From Planctomycetota bacterium (GTDB lineage Bacteria > Planctomycetota > UBA1135 > UBA2386), in NCBI GenBank assembly GCA_965223545.1, contig OZ245006.1:768001-832000 (forward strand): a DNA stretch of 64,000 nucleotides, written 5' to 3'. Shown here one piece after another: positions 1 to 11,150 of the stretch. The position numbers were made by a program, and so were the translations under genes. Positions within the stretch are counted from its first letter, which is position 1. Each line of letters starts with the position of its first letter. Below the pieces are notes generated by a model. It searched no databases. It saw only the letters and a list, made by a program, of their open reading frames with translations, and was not told the origin of the DNA.

Positions 1-1
1 G

Positions 2-1795
<1,794 letters not shown>

Positions 1796-1805
1796 GACCC
1801 CGCGG

Positions 1806-1936
1806 GACGTACGGAGTCCGGCTCGATTTTCTCGCACGTACGGAGCCAGGCTCCGATTCATCACCCGGCGGCGCCGGGTGATGAATCGGAGCCTGGCTCC
1901 GTACGTGCGAGAAAATCGAGCCGGACTCCGTACGTC
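1806..1936. repeat. Perfect palindrome (65-bp arms, 1-nt centre at 1871), REP/BIME-like
   Basis: 1806-1870 is the exact reverse complement of 1872-1936; each arm holds two related units (ACGTACGGAGTCCGGCTCGATT and ACGTACGGAGCCAGGCTCCGATT); lies between convergent genes. Confidence 0.93.
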
Positions 1937-3503
1937 AGCGCGGTAGGCGATAGACCAGGATCGTCATGTCCTTGGGCCCGGTGGAGACCGGCAGGCGGAG
2001 GACCTGGAGGAAGTGATCGCGGAGCATGCGGTCGGCCTCGCCGGTGCGGTCCATCTCGTCGAGCTCGGGCTCGGTGACGACGGCGAACAGCGCGTAGCCC
2101 TCCTCGCGCGCCCGCTCGATCTGGCGGCCGATGAAGCCGCCCTCGTAGACGCGGCCGTTGTCGAACTTGAAGTCGGCCAGCCCGACGACGTCGACCGGCA
2201 CCCCGACGCGCTCGTCGGAGAACTCGCGCGGATCCAGGTAGTAGCTCAGGCTGGGGTGGTTCGTGGTCAGCACGCGCTTGCGCTGCGCGGGCTCGGCCGC
2301 GACGTACCGGCTCGCCTCGCGCCAGTGCGGCCGGTCCCCCCCGTTGCGGTAGTAGAGGAAGGCCTGGCCCGCGAAGTGCAGCGCCAACACCGCGACCGGC
2401 GTCCAGCGCACGACCGCGCGCGGCCAACCCTGCCGCACGACCGCGCCGAGCTCGGCGCCAGCGCGGTCCATCAACACCGCCGCCAGCAGGCACAACGCCG
2501 GCAGGCAGTAGAACGCGTACTGCGCGGTGACCGTGATCACCCCCAGCGACAGGGCGACCAGCGTGGCCACCGGCACGACGGCCCAGCTGAACAGCAACAG
2601 CGGCCCGTCACCGCGGGGGCGACTCCACAACAACGCCAGCCCGCCTCCGGCCGCCGCCAGCAGCGGCAGGCTGGCGAAGTAGGCCAGCGTCTGCGCCAGG
2701 TGCATCAGCGAGAACCGCGACTTCGAGACCCGGAAGTGCAGCAACAACGGCAGCAGCACGGCGACCGCCAACACCACTGCGCCGAGGACCGCCGTCCACA
2801 GAATCCAGCGGCCGCGCGCCGATCCCGACGCGCGCACGTGCCGCACCCACCACGGCACCGCCAGCGCGGCGAGCATGAAGTAACCGGACGGGTGACTGAG
2901 GCCGGCCAGCAGCGCCACGCCGAAGCCGGTGCTCACCAGCGCGGCCGAGCGCTGGCGCATGCCACGGTGCGCGATGCCGACCGCCAGCAGGACCAGGCAG
3001 CTCGTCAGCGCATAGCTGCGCGCGCACTGGCTCCAGTACAGATGCCACGGCGACAGCGCCAGGAGCCCCGCCGCCAACACCGCCGCGCGCCGCCCCACCA
3101 GGCTGCGACCGACCAGCGCCGTCAGCGGCACGCTCAAGATGCCGAAGAACGCGAACGGCAGCCGCATCCAGCCCTCGCTGCTCGGCATACCCATCGCGTG
3201 CAGCAGCTTCAACAAGCCGTAGGACAGCGGGTAGATCGAGACGCGCGATTCCCAGAAGCGATCGCCCAGCCAAACCGCGTCGCGGTAGGTGTGCGCCTCG
3301 TCGACCCAGAACGACCACTCCCCCAGCCGCAGCAGCCGCAGCGCCGCGGCCAGCGCCGTGACCCCGAACAGAAGCCACAGCTGCCGGCTCGAGAAGGCGG
3401 GATCGGCCGCCGCGCCGCCGGCCGCGGGCGCGGCGTCCGCGGGCGCCGGTCGACCGTCTCCCACTGCTGCGCCGCGCTCCACCACCGCCTCGGTTCCGGT
3501 CAA
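1935..3503 (-). CDS. GT-C membrane glycosyltransferase (GT39/PMT_2/ArnT-like)
   Basis: RLLRLGEWSFWVDEAHT, RLPFAFFG, LLALSPWHLYWSQCARSYAL; many hydrophobic segments. Confidence 0.85.
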   Translation of the reverse strand: MTGTEAVVERGAAVGDGRPAPADAAPAAGGAAADPAFSSRQLWLLFGVTALAAALRLLRLGEWSFWVDEAHTYRDAVWLGDRFWESRVSIYPLSYGLLKLLHAMGMPSSEGWMRLPFAFFGILSVPLTALVGRSLVGRRAAVLAAGLLALSPWHLYWSQCARSYALTSCLVLLAVGIAHRGMRQRSAALVSTGFGVALLAGLSHPSGYFMLAALAVPWWVRHVRASGSARGRWILWTAVLGAVVLAVAVLLPLLLHFRVSKSRFSLMHLAQTLAYFASLPLLAAAGGGLALLWSRPRGDGPLLLFSWAVVPVATLVALSLGVITVTAQYAFYCLPALCLLAAVLMDRAGAELGAVVRQGWPRAVVRWTPVAVLALHFAGQAFLYYRNGGDRPHWREASRYVAAEPAQRKRVLTTNHPSLSYYLDPREFSDERVGVPVDVVGLADFKFDNGRVYEGGFIGRQIERAREEGYALFAVVTEPELDEMDRTGEADRMLRDHFLQVLRLPVSTGPKDMTILVYRLPR

Positions 3504-3613
3504 CGCCTAAATCCCTGCCTCGCGACCACAGCGCGCCAACCGACACCGCCAAACCATGCTCTGACCAAGGATACCGCAGCGCGTCGTGAAAGCGCGCCCG
3601 TTGCCAAGGCCGC

Positions 3614-4756
3614 TTACGGCGCCGGTTCGGGAGGCCAGCGCAGCCACTCGCTCGCCCGGCCGGCATCGAGATCGCGCAGCTGCAGCCAGACCGGAATCGA
3701 CGCCGGCAAGCCGTCGACCAGCGCGTCGAAGCGCGACCGCGCCGCCCCGATCAGGCCGACGCCGTGCGTCGGCGAGGACACCCGCTGCCGCACCGGTCCC
3801 GCCGGAGTCACGACGACCAGCTCGAAGACGCCCTCCGATGGTGTCACCACGACCTCCGGGCCGCGCCCGCGCGGCACCGCGACGCGCAGCTCGCGACCGA
3901 CCAAACCGAGCGCGTCACCCGCGCCGCGGCCCGCCGATTCCGCCCCATCCCCCGCCCCGGCCAGCGGCGCCGGCGCCTCGATGCGCACCTCGGCCCAATC
4001 GGCGGCCCGCAGCGCCGCCGCCTCGTCGGTGCCGGACTCGACACACAGCACCTGCAGCGCGAACGCGTTCCGCGGCGGCCAGAGACTCAGCGCCAGGCCG
4101 CGCCGCAGCTCCTCGTCGAAGTCCGCGGGCACCAGCGCGACGAGGCGCTCGACCCCGCGCGCCAACACCTGCTCGCGGGCCTGCGCCAGGCGCTGCGCGC
4201 GCAACCCCTCGTCCAGCGCCTGGCGGCGCGCCGCGGCAACCGCCAACGCGAGCAAGACCGAGATGCCGAGCAGCCAGATCAGGTTGCGGTCGCGCAAGCA
4301 CGGCGCGGCGCCGGCTGCCAGCGCGGCCACCGGCAGCGGCAGCGCCAACGCCCACCACTGTCCCCACGCAAAGTGCAGGGCCGCCTCGCAACCGAGCGCA
4401 CCGGCCGCACCCGCCGCCAACACGCCGAAGCCGCCGGCGCGGCTGCGCAACCCGGCCGCGAAAGCGAGCAGCAGCGCGACCAGCAGCGTGGTGGCCAGCA
4501 CCAGCGCAGCGCGCGCGGTCGGGGTCCACGCCACTACCCAGCGCGCCGGCCCGTCGGCGTAGGCGCCGGGCACGACTCCGGCTGCGACGAGCTCCAACGG
4601 CAACGGCGGTCGCGTCCACCGCGGCAGCTCGACCAATGCCAGCACCAGCATCCCGCCCAAGAGCGCCAGCCCGAAGCTCCGCCAAGACGACGGCGATGCG
4701 ACGTCGGACACGGGCTGGCCAGCGGGATCCGAGGGAGGCGACAAGGCGGACGGCAT
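3614..4756 (-). CDS. Hypothetical membrane protein
   Basis: About five hydrophobic segments followed by a soluble domain; start taken at ATG 4756 because the longer ORF overlaps the divergent gene. Confidence 0.6.
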   Translation of the reverse strand: MPSALSPPSDPAGQPVSDVASPSSWRSFGLALLGGMLVLALVELPRWTRPPLPLELVAAGVVPGAYADGPARWVVAWTPTARAALVLATTLLVALLLAFAAGLRSRAGGFGVLAAGAAGALGCEAALHFAWGQWWALALPLPVAALAAGAAPCLRDRNLIWLLGISVLLALAVAAARRQALDEGLRAQRLAQAREQVLARGVERLVALVPADFDEELRRGLALSLWPPRNAFALQVLCVESGTDEAAALRAADWAEVRIEAPAPLAGAGDGAESAGRGAGDALGLVGRELRVAVPRGRGPEVVVTPSEGVFELVVVTPAGPVRQRVSSPTHGVGLIGAARSRFDALVDGLPASIPVWLQLRDLDAGRASEWLRWPPEPAP

Positions 4757-4826
4757 TGAAACGTCCGGCGACGGTTCGGTCGACGGCTGCTTGGCGCGAG
4801 CGCGCGCTCTGTGTTCTGATGTACCG

Positions 4827-7535
4827 ATGTCGGAAGCCGAGGCGCGGCGCGCGCCAGCGCCCGAGGGCAGCCCGCGGCGGCGCGCGCTGGCGATCGCCAT
4901 CGTGCTGTGCACGCCGCTGCTCTGGCTCGGCCCGTGCCTGCTCGGACCGCGCACCTTCGTGCCGTTCAGCCTGGCGCAGTTCCCACCGGTGGCCGCCACG
5001 CTGACCGCCGACCAGCTGGAAGCCGTCCGGCGCGATCAGAACACCGACGTCTCCGAGATCCAGTTCACCTTCTTGCCCGAGCTCCGCTTCACCAAGCAGG
5101 AGCTTGCGGCGGGCCGCCTGCCGGAGTGGAACCCCTACATCCGCGGCGGCGCGCCCCTGTTGGCGACCTCGGTGGTCGGCTTGCTGTATCCGCCCAACTG
5201 GGTGCTGCTGGCGTTCGAGAATCCCGCCGACGGGCTCGCGCTGCAGTGCTATCTCAGCCTGGCGATCGCCGGCCTGCTGATGCTGGGCCTGTGCCGGGCG
5301 CTCGGCCTGGGCTGGTCGGCGGCGGTGTTCGGCGCGCTGGCGTTCTCGCTGTCGGGGACGTTCAGCGCGAACGCCCACTTCTACCAGCGCCTGGCCGCTC
5401 TCGTGTGGTTGCCCGGCCTGCTGTGGGCGGCACACGCGGTGGCTGCCCGCCGCGGCGGGGCCGCGACCGCGCCAGCGCTCGGGCTGGCGGCCTGCGTGGC
5501 GATGACGTGGCTCGCGGGCTTCCCCAGCTTTGCCGCCGGCGTCTGCCTCGTCTTCGCCCTCTACGCCGCCGACCGCTGCCTGCGGCGATGGCGCCGCGAC
5601 GGCCCCGGCGCCGCGATCCGCCTGGGCGGGATCTACGGCGGTGCACTCGGGCTGGGCTTCGCGCTGGCAGCGGTGCAGCTGCTGCCGATGTTCGCGTTCT
5701 TCCCCGAGTCGAACCGCACGCCCAACCCCACCCTGGCGCAGATCGAGACCCAGACCTACGACCCAGCGGCGCTGCTCGGCTACCTGATGCCGGCCGCCTT
5801 CGGACACCCATCGTCGACGGCGGAGCTGGACTACGACCGCTCGCCCCTCGTGCTGTGGACCTTCGACCGCGCCGATTGGCAGACCAACACGCCGCGGCTG
5901 CCGACGTTCAACTACACCGAGCACACCGTGTTCGCCGGCAGCTTGGTGCTCTGTCTGGCCCTCGTCGGACTCGGCGCGGCCGGCCATCGCGTGCGCTGGG
6001 TCGCGCTGGGCGGTTGGCTGCTGCTCACCGCGCTCGCCGCGGGCAGCGCGGCGTACGCGGCGGTGTATCTGCTGCCCGGTCTGCGCAGTGTTCCACCGCT
6101 GCGGCTGATGGGTCCGGTGAGCGGGCTCGTCGCCCTGCTCGCCGCGCTGGGCTTCGACGCGGTGCGGCGCGGCGCCGGCCGGCGCTGGTCGGACCTCTGC
6201 GCGCTCTTGGCGGCGGCGGTGGCGGCCGGCGCCGCGCTGCTGTGGTGGTGGCTCTCGCGGCACACACCGGCGGAAGCCTTCGACCGCATCGTTCCCGACC
6301 TGCTCGACCACTACCAGCGGATGAATGCGGCGATCGACCGCGCCGGGATCGACGCCTACGTCAGCAGCAGCCGGCCGGACCAGCTGCCGCGAGTACTGGC
6401 CGCCGCCCACGACCGGCTGTCGACCAACGCCATGCATGCCGCGCTCGCCTTCGCGGGCGCCGCCGCCTGGCTGCTCGCCGCGCCGCGGGCCAGTTCGCCC
6501 TGGCGCCGCCCCGTGCTCGCCGCGGGCCTGCTCGCCACCGTCGCCGAGCTGGTGGTGATCGCCACCGGCGTCGCCGGCGGTCGGGTGCTGCGCCACGACA
6601 TCGACGGCCCGGTGCACGCGTTCCTGCGCGAGGCCCGCGACGCGAGCCGCGACGCGGGGGGCTTCACCGTCGCCCGCGCGACGGCGGGAGCCAACGCCGA
6701 GCTCGCCGTGCCACTGCCGCCGTGCACGCTGGTGCCGGAACGCATCCGCGATCTCAACATCTACACCTTCATCGACGGCCGCTCGCACCTGCCGATCCGC
6801 GCCCTCTGGGGGAACGCGCAGTTGCTGCGCGACTTCTGGGTGCACGCGCTGCCCGACGGCGGTCCGCGCGGGCCCCTGCTGCAGCACCCCTACCTCGATC
6901 TGCTCGGCGTGCGCTACGTGTTGGCGACGGCACCCCTGCAGCACGCGGGCCGGCGCGTCGGACCGACCTTGCGCGGGCCGGGCGGGGAGTTCTTCGTCTA
7001 CGAACGCCCGACGCCACTGCCGCGCGCCTTCGTCGTACCCGAGCTGGTCGCCGCCGCCGACGAGGAGGCCGCCGTCGCGTGGCTGACGCGCGACGAGTTG
7101 GCGCCGCGGGCCAGCGCGGTGTTCGCCGGCGACGCGCCGCCGCCGCTGCCGGCGAGCAGCGACCACGCCGACCGGGCCCCGGCCGGCGAACGCACCGTCG
7201 CCTTCGTGCGCGACACCCCCACCGAGATCGAGCTCGAGGTGACCGACGGCGCCGCCGGCTGGTTGGTGCTGGCCGACAGCCACATGTCGGGCTGGACCGC
7301 CACCGTGGAGGGCACTCCCGCTCCGATCCACCGCGTCAATCTGTTCATGCGCGGCGTCGCCCTGCCAGCCGGTGCCGTCCGCGTCGTGTTCCGCTACGAG
7401 ACGCCGCAACTCCGCGCCGGCTTCGCGCTCACCGCAGCGGCGTCGGTGGTCATGATCGTGCTCGCGCTGTGGGCGCGCCGCCGCCGCACCGCCGGCGGGC
7501 CGGCGCCGCACTCTCCCGGCCCCGATCTCAGCTGA
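4827..7535 (+). CDS. YfhO-family membrane protein (GT-C-like)
   Basis: GRLPEWNPYIRGGAPLLA...LYPPNW, LDLLGVRYV, PRAF, GWLVLADSHMSGWTATVEG...VNLFMRGVALPAG..VVFRY, terminal TM helix. Confidence 0.88.
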   Translation: MSEAEARRAPAPEGSPRRRALAIAIVLCTPLLWLGPCLLGPRTFVPFSLAQFPPVAATLTADQLEAVRRDQNTDVSEIQFTFLPELRFTKQELAAGRLPEWNPYIRGGAPLLATSVVGLLYPPNWVLLAFENPADGLALQCYLSLAIAGLLMLGLCRALGLGWSAAVFGALAFSLSGTFSANAHFYQRLAALVWLPGLLWAAHAVAARRGGAATAPALGLAACVAMTWLAGFPSFAAGVCLVFALYAADRCLRRWRRDGPGAAIRLGGIYGGALGLGFALAAVQLLPMFAFFPESNRTPNPTLAQIETQTYDPAALLGYLMPAAFGHPSSTAELDYDRSPLVLWTFDRADWQTNTPRLPTFNYTEHTVFAGSLVLCLALVGLGAAGHRVRWVALGGWLLLTALAAGSAAYAAVYLLPGLRSVPPLRLMGPVSGLVALLAALGFDAVRRGAGRRWSDLCALLAAAVAAGAALLWWWLSRHTPAEAFDRIVPDLLDHYQRMNAAIDRAGIDAYVSSSRPDQLPRVLAAAHDRLSTNAMHAALAFAGAAAWLLAAPRASSPWRRPVLAAGLLATVAELVVIATGVAGGRVLRHDIDGPVHAFLREARDASRDAGGFTVARATAGANAELAVPLPPCTLVPERIRDLNIYTFIDGRSHLPIRALWGNAQLLRDFWVHALPDGGPRGPLLQHPYLDLLGVRYVLATAPLQHAGRRVGPTLRGPGGEFFVYERPTPLPRAFVVPELVAAADEEAAVAWLTRDELAPRASAVFAGDAPPPLPASSDHADRAPAGERTVAFVRDTPTEIELEVTDGAAGWLVLADSHMSGWTATVEGTPAPIHRVNLFMRGVALPAGAVRVVFRYETPQLRAGFALTAAASVVMIVLALWARRRRTAGGPAPHSPGPDLS

Positions 7536-7623
7536 TCGCGGCCGGCGCCGGCGGCGACAGCCGATGTTGGCGCGGTCCCGGCGCGCTGGGTAAGGTCCAC
7601 CGCGTTCTACCCGCCGACCCGCC

Positions 7624-8952
7624 ATGACCGATTCCCCCCGCCGCGCCCCTGGGCGCGCCTCCCGGACTTCTCGCCGCGAGTTTCTGGCGACGACCGCCGG
7701 CGCCGCCGCCGGCAGCACCCTGCTCGGCGCGTGCCAGACCTGGGACGCGTCGCGACCGATCCCCAAGGCGGCCCTGCGCCCGCGCGCCGGCGCCGACGAC
7801 GCCCTCCGCATCGGCGTGATCGGCACCGGCGGCATGGGCACCGCACACGCCCTGCGGCTCACCGAGCTGGCGGCGGACGGCAAGGACAAGGTGCAGGTCG
7901 CGGCAGTGGCCGACGTCTGCGGCCCCCGCATGGAGGCGGCCCAAGCCGAGTGCGCGAAGCGGCAGTCGATCGAGGTCGGTGGCTTTCGCGACTACCGCGA
8001 GCTGCTGCGGATGGAGGATCTGCACGGCGTGCTGATCGCCTCGCCGGAGCACTGGCACGCCGAGATGGCGGAGCACGCCATCGCCGCCGGCTTGGACGTC
8101 TACGTCGAGAAGCCGATGACCCTGCGGCTGCCGGAGGCGCTGCGCCTGCGGCAGGTGGCCGCCGCCAACCCCGAGGTGATCGTGCAGGTCGGCACGCAGT
8201 TCTTGATGCACGAGAAGTACCACGTCGCCAGGCAGTGGATCGCCGAGGGCCGGATCGGCAAGCCGACGTTCTCGCAGACGGGCTACTGCCGCAACAGCCG
8301 CGACGGCGAGTGGCTCTACGAGATCAAGGACGAGTGGGTGCCCGGCGACAACCTCGACTGGGACGCGTGGTGCGGGCCGCTCGGCCCCAAGGAATGGGAC
8401 CCGGCGGTGTACGCGCGCTGGCGCCGCTACCGGACCTACTCCACCGGCATCGTCGGCGATCTGCTCGTGCACGTGATGACGCCGATGGTCTTCGCCCTGG
8501 ATCAAGGCTGGCCGGTGCGCGTCGTCGCCTGCGGCGGCCACTACCAGGACACGGCGATGGAGAACCACGACCAGGTCAACGTCACCGTGCAGTTCGAGAA
8601 GGGCCACACGATGACCGTCTGCGGCTCGACCTGCAACGAACAGGGCGTGCCGACGATGATCCGCGGCCACGAGGCGACGCTCTACCTCGGCAGCAAGGAC
8701 TGCGTGATCCGCCCCGAGCGTCCGTTCGCCGAGGAGATCGACGAGGAGACGCAGGACTGCGCGCCGCAGTCCGGCGACCAGGACCGGCTGCGCCTCGATT
8801 GGCTCGCCGCCATGCGCGCGCGCCAGCCGAACTTGAGCGGAGTCGAGCTCGGCGCACAGGTGATGGTCATCGTCGACCTGGCCACGCGGTCGATGTGGGA
8901 AGGCAAGGCGTTCGCGTTCGACCCGCAGTCGATGACTGCGAACCCCGCCTGA
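7624..8952 (+). CDS. Tat-exported Gfo/Idh/MocA oxidoreductase
   Basis: SRREFL twin-arginine signal ending LLGAC (possible lipoprotein); IGVIGTGGMG, ASPEHWH, YVEKPM, GDLLVH. Confidence 0.93.
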   Translation: MTDSPRRAPGRASRTSRREFLATTAGAAAGSTLLGACQTWDASRPIPKAALRPRAGADDALRIGVIGTGGMGTAHALRLTELAADGKDKVQVAAVADVCGPRMEAAQAECAKRQSIEVGGFRDYRELLRMEDLHGVLIASPEHWHAEMAEHAIAAGLDVYVEKPMTLRLPEALRLRQVAAANPEVIVQVGTQFLMHEKYHVARQWIAEGRIGKPTFSQTGYCRNSRDGEWLYEIKDEWVPGDNLDWDAWCGPLGPKEWDPAVYARWRRYRTYSTGIVGDLLVHVMTPMVFALDQGWPVRVVACGGHYQDTAMENHDQVNVTVQFEKGHTMTVCGSTCNEQGVPTMIRGHEATLYLGSKDCVIRPERPFAEEIDEETQDCAPQSGDQDRLRLDWLAAMRARQPNLSGVELGAQVMVIVDLATRSMWEGKAFAFDPQSMTANPA

Positions 8953-8953
8953 C

Positions 8954-9880
8954 GTGGACGCGGCGGCGATCGCCCCGACGCGGCCGGTGCGCCATGCGCA
9001 CTGGGCCATGGCGACCCGGTTCGAGCTGCTGCTCGCCACCGCCCGCGGCGACACCGCGGCGCTCGCCGAAGCTGCGTTCGACGCCATCGACGAGTGCGAG
9101 CAGCGCCTCAGTCTGTTCCAGCGGGGCAGCCTGCTGACGCACGTGAACGCCAACGCCGGCGCGCGCTGGGTCTCGGTCGACGCCGATACGTTCGCGCTCC
9201 TGGAGCGCTGCGCGGCAGTGCACGACGCCTCGCGCGGCGCGTTCGATCCGACCATCGCCGGGGCGATGACGGCGCTGGGGCTGCACTCTGGCGCCACCAC
9301 TCCACGCGCCGCGGCCGACCGGGCCGCCGCGGGAGCAGCCGCCGGCATGCGCGCGCTGCGGCTGGACCCGCAACGCGGCGCCGTGCGCTTCGTCCACCCC
9401 GGCATCGCCCTCGACCTCGGCGGCATCGGCAAGGGGCACGGTGTCGATCTCGCGACGGCGGCGCTCGCGGAGTGTGGCGTGGAGACGTTTCTCCTGCACG
9501 GTGGCTGCAGCGCGGTGATGGCGCGCGGCGCGCCGCCCGGTGGCGACGCCTGGCGCGTTGCCACCCACCCCGCCGCCGGCGCTCCGCACGCGCGGCTGCG
9601 CGACCGCGCGCTGGCGGTGTCGTCCGCCGACGGCCGCCGGCACGCCGGCACACCGGACCTGCATCATCTCTTGCACCCCGCATCCGGCCGTCCCGCCGGC
9701 TTCGGCGGCACCGTTGCGGTCACCGCCGCCGAGGCGGCGCTCGCCGACGCGTGGGCGACCGCGCTGGCGGTGCACGGCGCGCTACTGCCACTACCTCCTG
9801 GTGTGCACGCCGTGCTGCGCCACGCCGACGGCACGCTCGAGCCGTCGCCGGACGCCGACGCCGACTTCGAACTCCCGTAG
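8954..9880 (+). CDS. apbE: FAD:protein FMN transferase (ApbE family)
   Basis: AMATRF, LSLFQRGSLLTHVN, SRGAFDPTI, LDLGGIGKGHGVD, HHLLHPASG, ADAWATAL; no obvious signal peptide. Confidence 0.92.
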   Translation: MDAAAIAPTRPVRHAHWAMATRFELLLATARGDTAALAEAAFDAIDECEQRLSLFQRGSLLTHVNANAGARWVSVDADTFALLERCAAVHDASRGAFDPTIAGAMTALGLHSGATTPRAAADRAAAGAAAGMRALRLDPQRGAVRFVHPGIALDLGGIGKGHGVDLATAALAECGVETFLLHGGCSAVMARGAPPGGDAWRVATHPAAGAPHARLRDRALAVSSADGRRHAGTPDLHHLLHPASGRPAGFGGTVAVTAAEAALADAWATALAVHGALLPLPPGVHAVLRHADGTLEPSPDADADFELP

Positions 9881-9890
9881 ATCACGACGC

Positions 9891-11141
9891 ATGATCCCAC
9901 CAAGCTCCGACGCCGACCGGCGCCAGTTCCTCACCACCTCCGCCGCGGCGATGGGCGCCTTCGCGCTCGACCCGCGCGCCGGTCTGCTGGGCCCTCTGCC
10001 GTACGGCCGCGCCCCACTCGGCGTCGGCTTGATCGGCGCCGGCAAGCAAGGCCGCGCGATCCTCGCCGAGCTGCAGAAGATGGAGCAGGCTGCGGTGGTC
10101 GCGGTGTGTGATACCTCGGAGGCGCGCGTGCGCTCGGGACTGCGCCGCGCGCGCGGCGCGCAGGGTTTTGCCGACGCCGAGCAGCTGCTCGGCCACGACG
10201 GCGTCGAGGCCGTGATCGTCGCCACCCCGACACACCAGCACCGCGCGGTCGCGGTCGCCGCGTTGCAAGCGGGCAAGCACGTCTATTGTGAAGCGCCGCT
10301 GGCGGCGACCATCGAGGACGCGGTCGCGATCGCAGAGGCGGCGCGCGCTAGCAAGACCACCTTCCAGACCGGACTGCTGGCGCGCAGCAACCCGATCTAC
10401 CAGCTGGCGCGCTCGTTCTACCGCGCCGGCGCGCTGCGCGAGCTGATCAGCTTGAGCGCCGAGGCGCACGAGAAGACGACCTGGACCGTGCCGTCCTCCG
10501 ACCCCGAGCGCGCCCGCGAGCTCAACTGGCGGCTGGACGCGGCACACAGCACCGGCCTGGCGGGCGAGGTGGGCAGCCACCAGTTCGACGCCTTCCACTG
10601 GTTCGTCGGCAGCTATCCGGTCGCGGTGCACGGCCATGGCGCGGTCCGCCTGCACAAGGACGGACGCGAGGTCGCCGACACGGCGACCTGCTCGCTGCAG
10701 TTTGCCGACGGCGTCCAGCTGACCTGGGACGCCTCGCTGTGCAACAGCTACGGCGGCACCTTCGAGACCTACCGCGGCTCGATGGCGGCGTTCAGGCTGG
10801 CTTGGAACGCGGGCTGGATGTTCAAGGAAGCCGACGCACCGACACAGGGTTGGGAGGTGTACGCCAACCGCGAGGCGTTCCACAACGACGAGGGCATCAC
10901 GCTGATCGCCGACGCGACCAAGCTGGCCAAGGCCGGCAAGCTCAAGGAGGGCGTCGGGCTGCCGAACCCACCGCTGTACTACGGACTCGCCGACTTCGTG
11001 CGCAGCGTCACCGAGCAGCAAGAGGTGGTGTGCTCGGTCGAAGAGGGCGTGCGCGCCGCCGTGATCGGCATCCTCGCCAACCGCGCCGTGGTCACCGGTG
11101 ACCACGTCGAGATCCCGCCCGAGCTCCTCGAGCTGCGCTGA
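9891..11141 (+). CDS. Tat-exported Gfo/Idh/MocA oxidoreductase-like protein (EKP changed to EAP)
   Basis: DRRQFL Tat motif; VGLIGAGKQG, ATPTHQH, GKHVYCEAPLA, NWRL, GEVGSHQFD. Confidence 0.9.
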   Translation: MIPPSSDADRRQFLTTSAAAMGAFALDPRAGLLGPLPYGRAPLGVGLIGAGKQGRAILAELQKMEQAAVVAVCDTSEARVRSGLRRARGAQGFADAEQLLGHDGVEAVIVATPTHQHRAVAVAALQAGKHVYCEAPLAATIEDAVAIAEAARASKTTFQTGLLARSNPIYQLARSFYRAGALRELISLSAEAHEKTTWTVPSSDPERARELNWRLDAAHSTGLAGEVGSHQFDAFHWFVGSYPVAVHGHGAVRLHKDGREVADTATCSLQFADGVQLTWDASLCNSYGGTFETYRGSMAAFRLAWNAGWMFKEADAPTQGWEVYANREAFHNDEGITLIADATKLAKAGKLKEGVGLPNPPLYYGLADFVRSVTEQQEVVCSVEEGVRAAVIGILANRAVVTGDHVEIPPELLELR

Positions 11142-11150
11142 GCCAACCCC

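Noticed and set aside
1806..1936. Palindrome considered as a CRISPR array or integron attC site
   Set aside because: Units are inverted with no unique spacers; no cas or integrase gene; no RYYYAAC/GTTRRRY ends
3915..7931. Very long antisense or alternate-frame ORFs (e.g. 1338 aa here; also 2013-4562, 20025-22322, 49396-51636)
   Set aside because: Arg/Ala/Gly/Pro-rich shadows of real genes, expected at this GC content; no family motifs
9280..9300. SGAT flavinylation-like motif inside ApbE
   Set aside because: Lacks the upstream Asp and lies in a variable Ala-rich loop; likely chance
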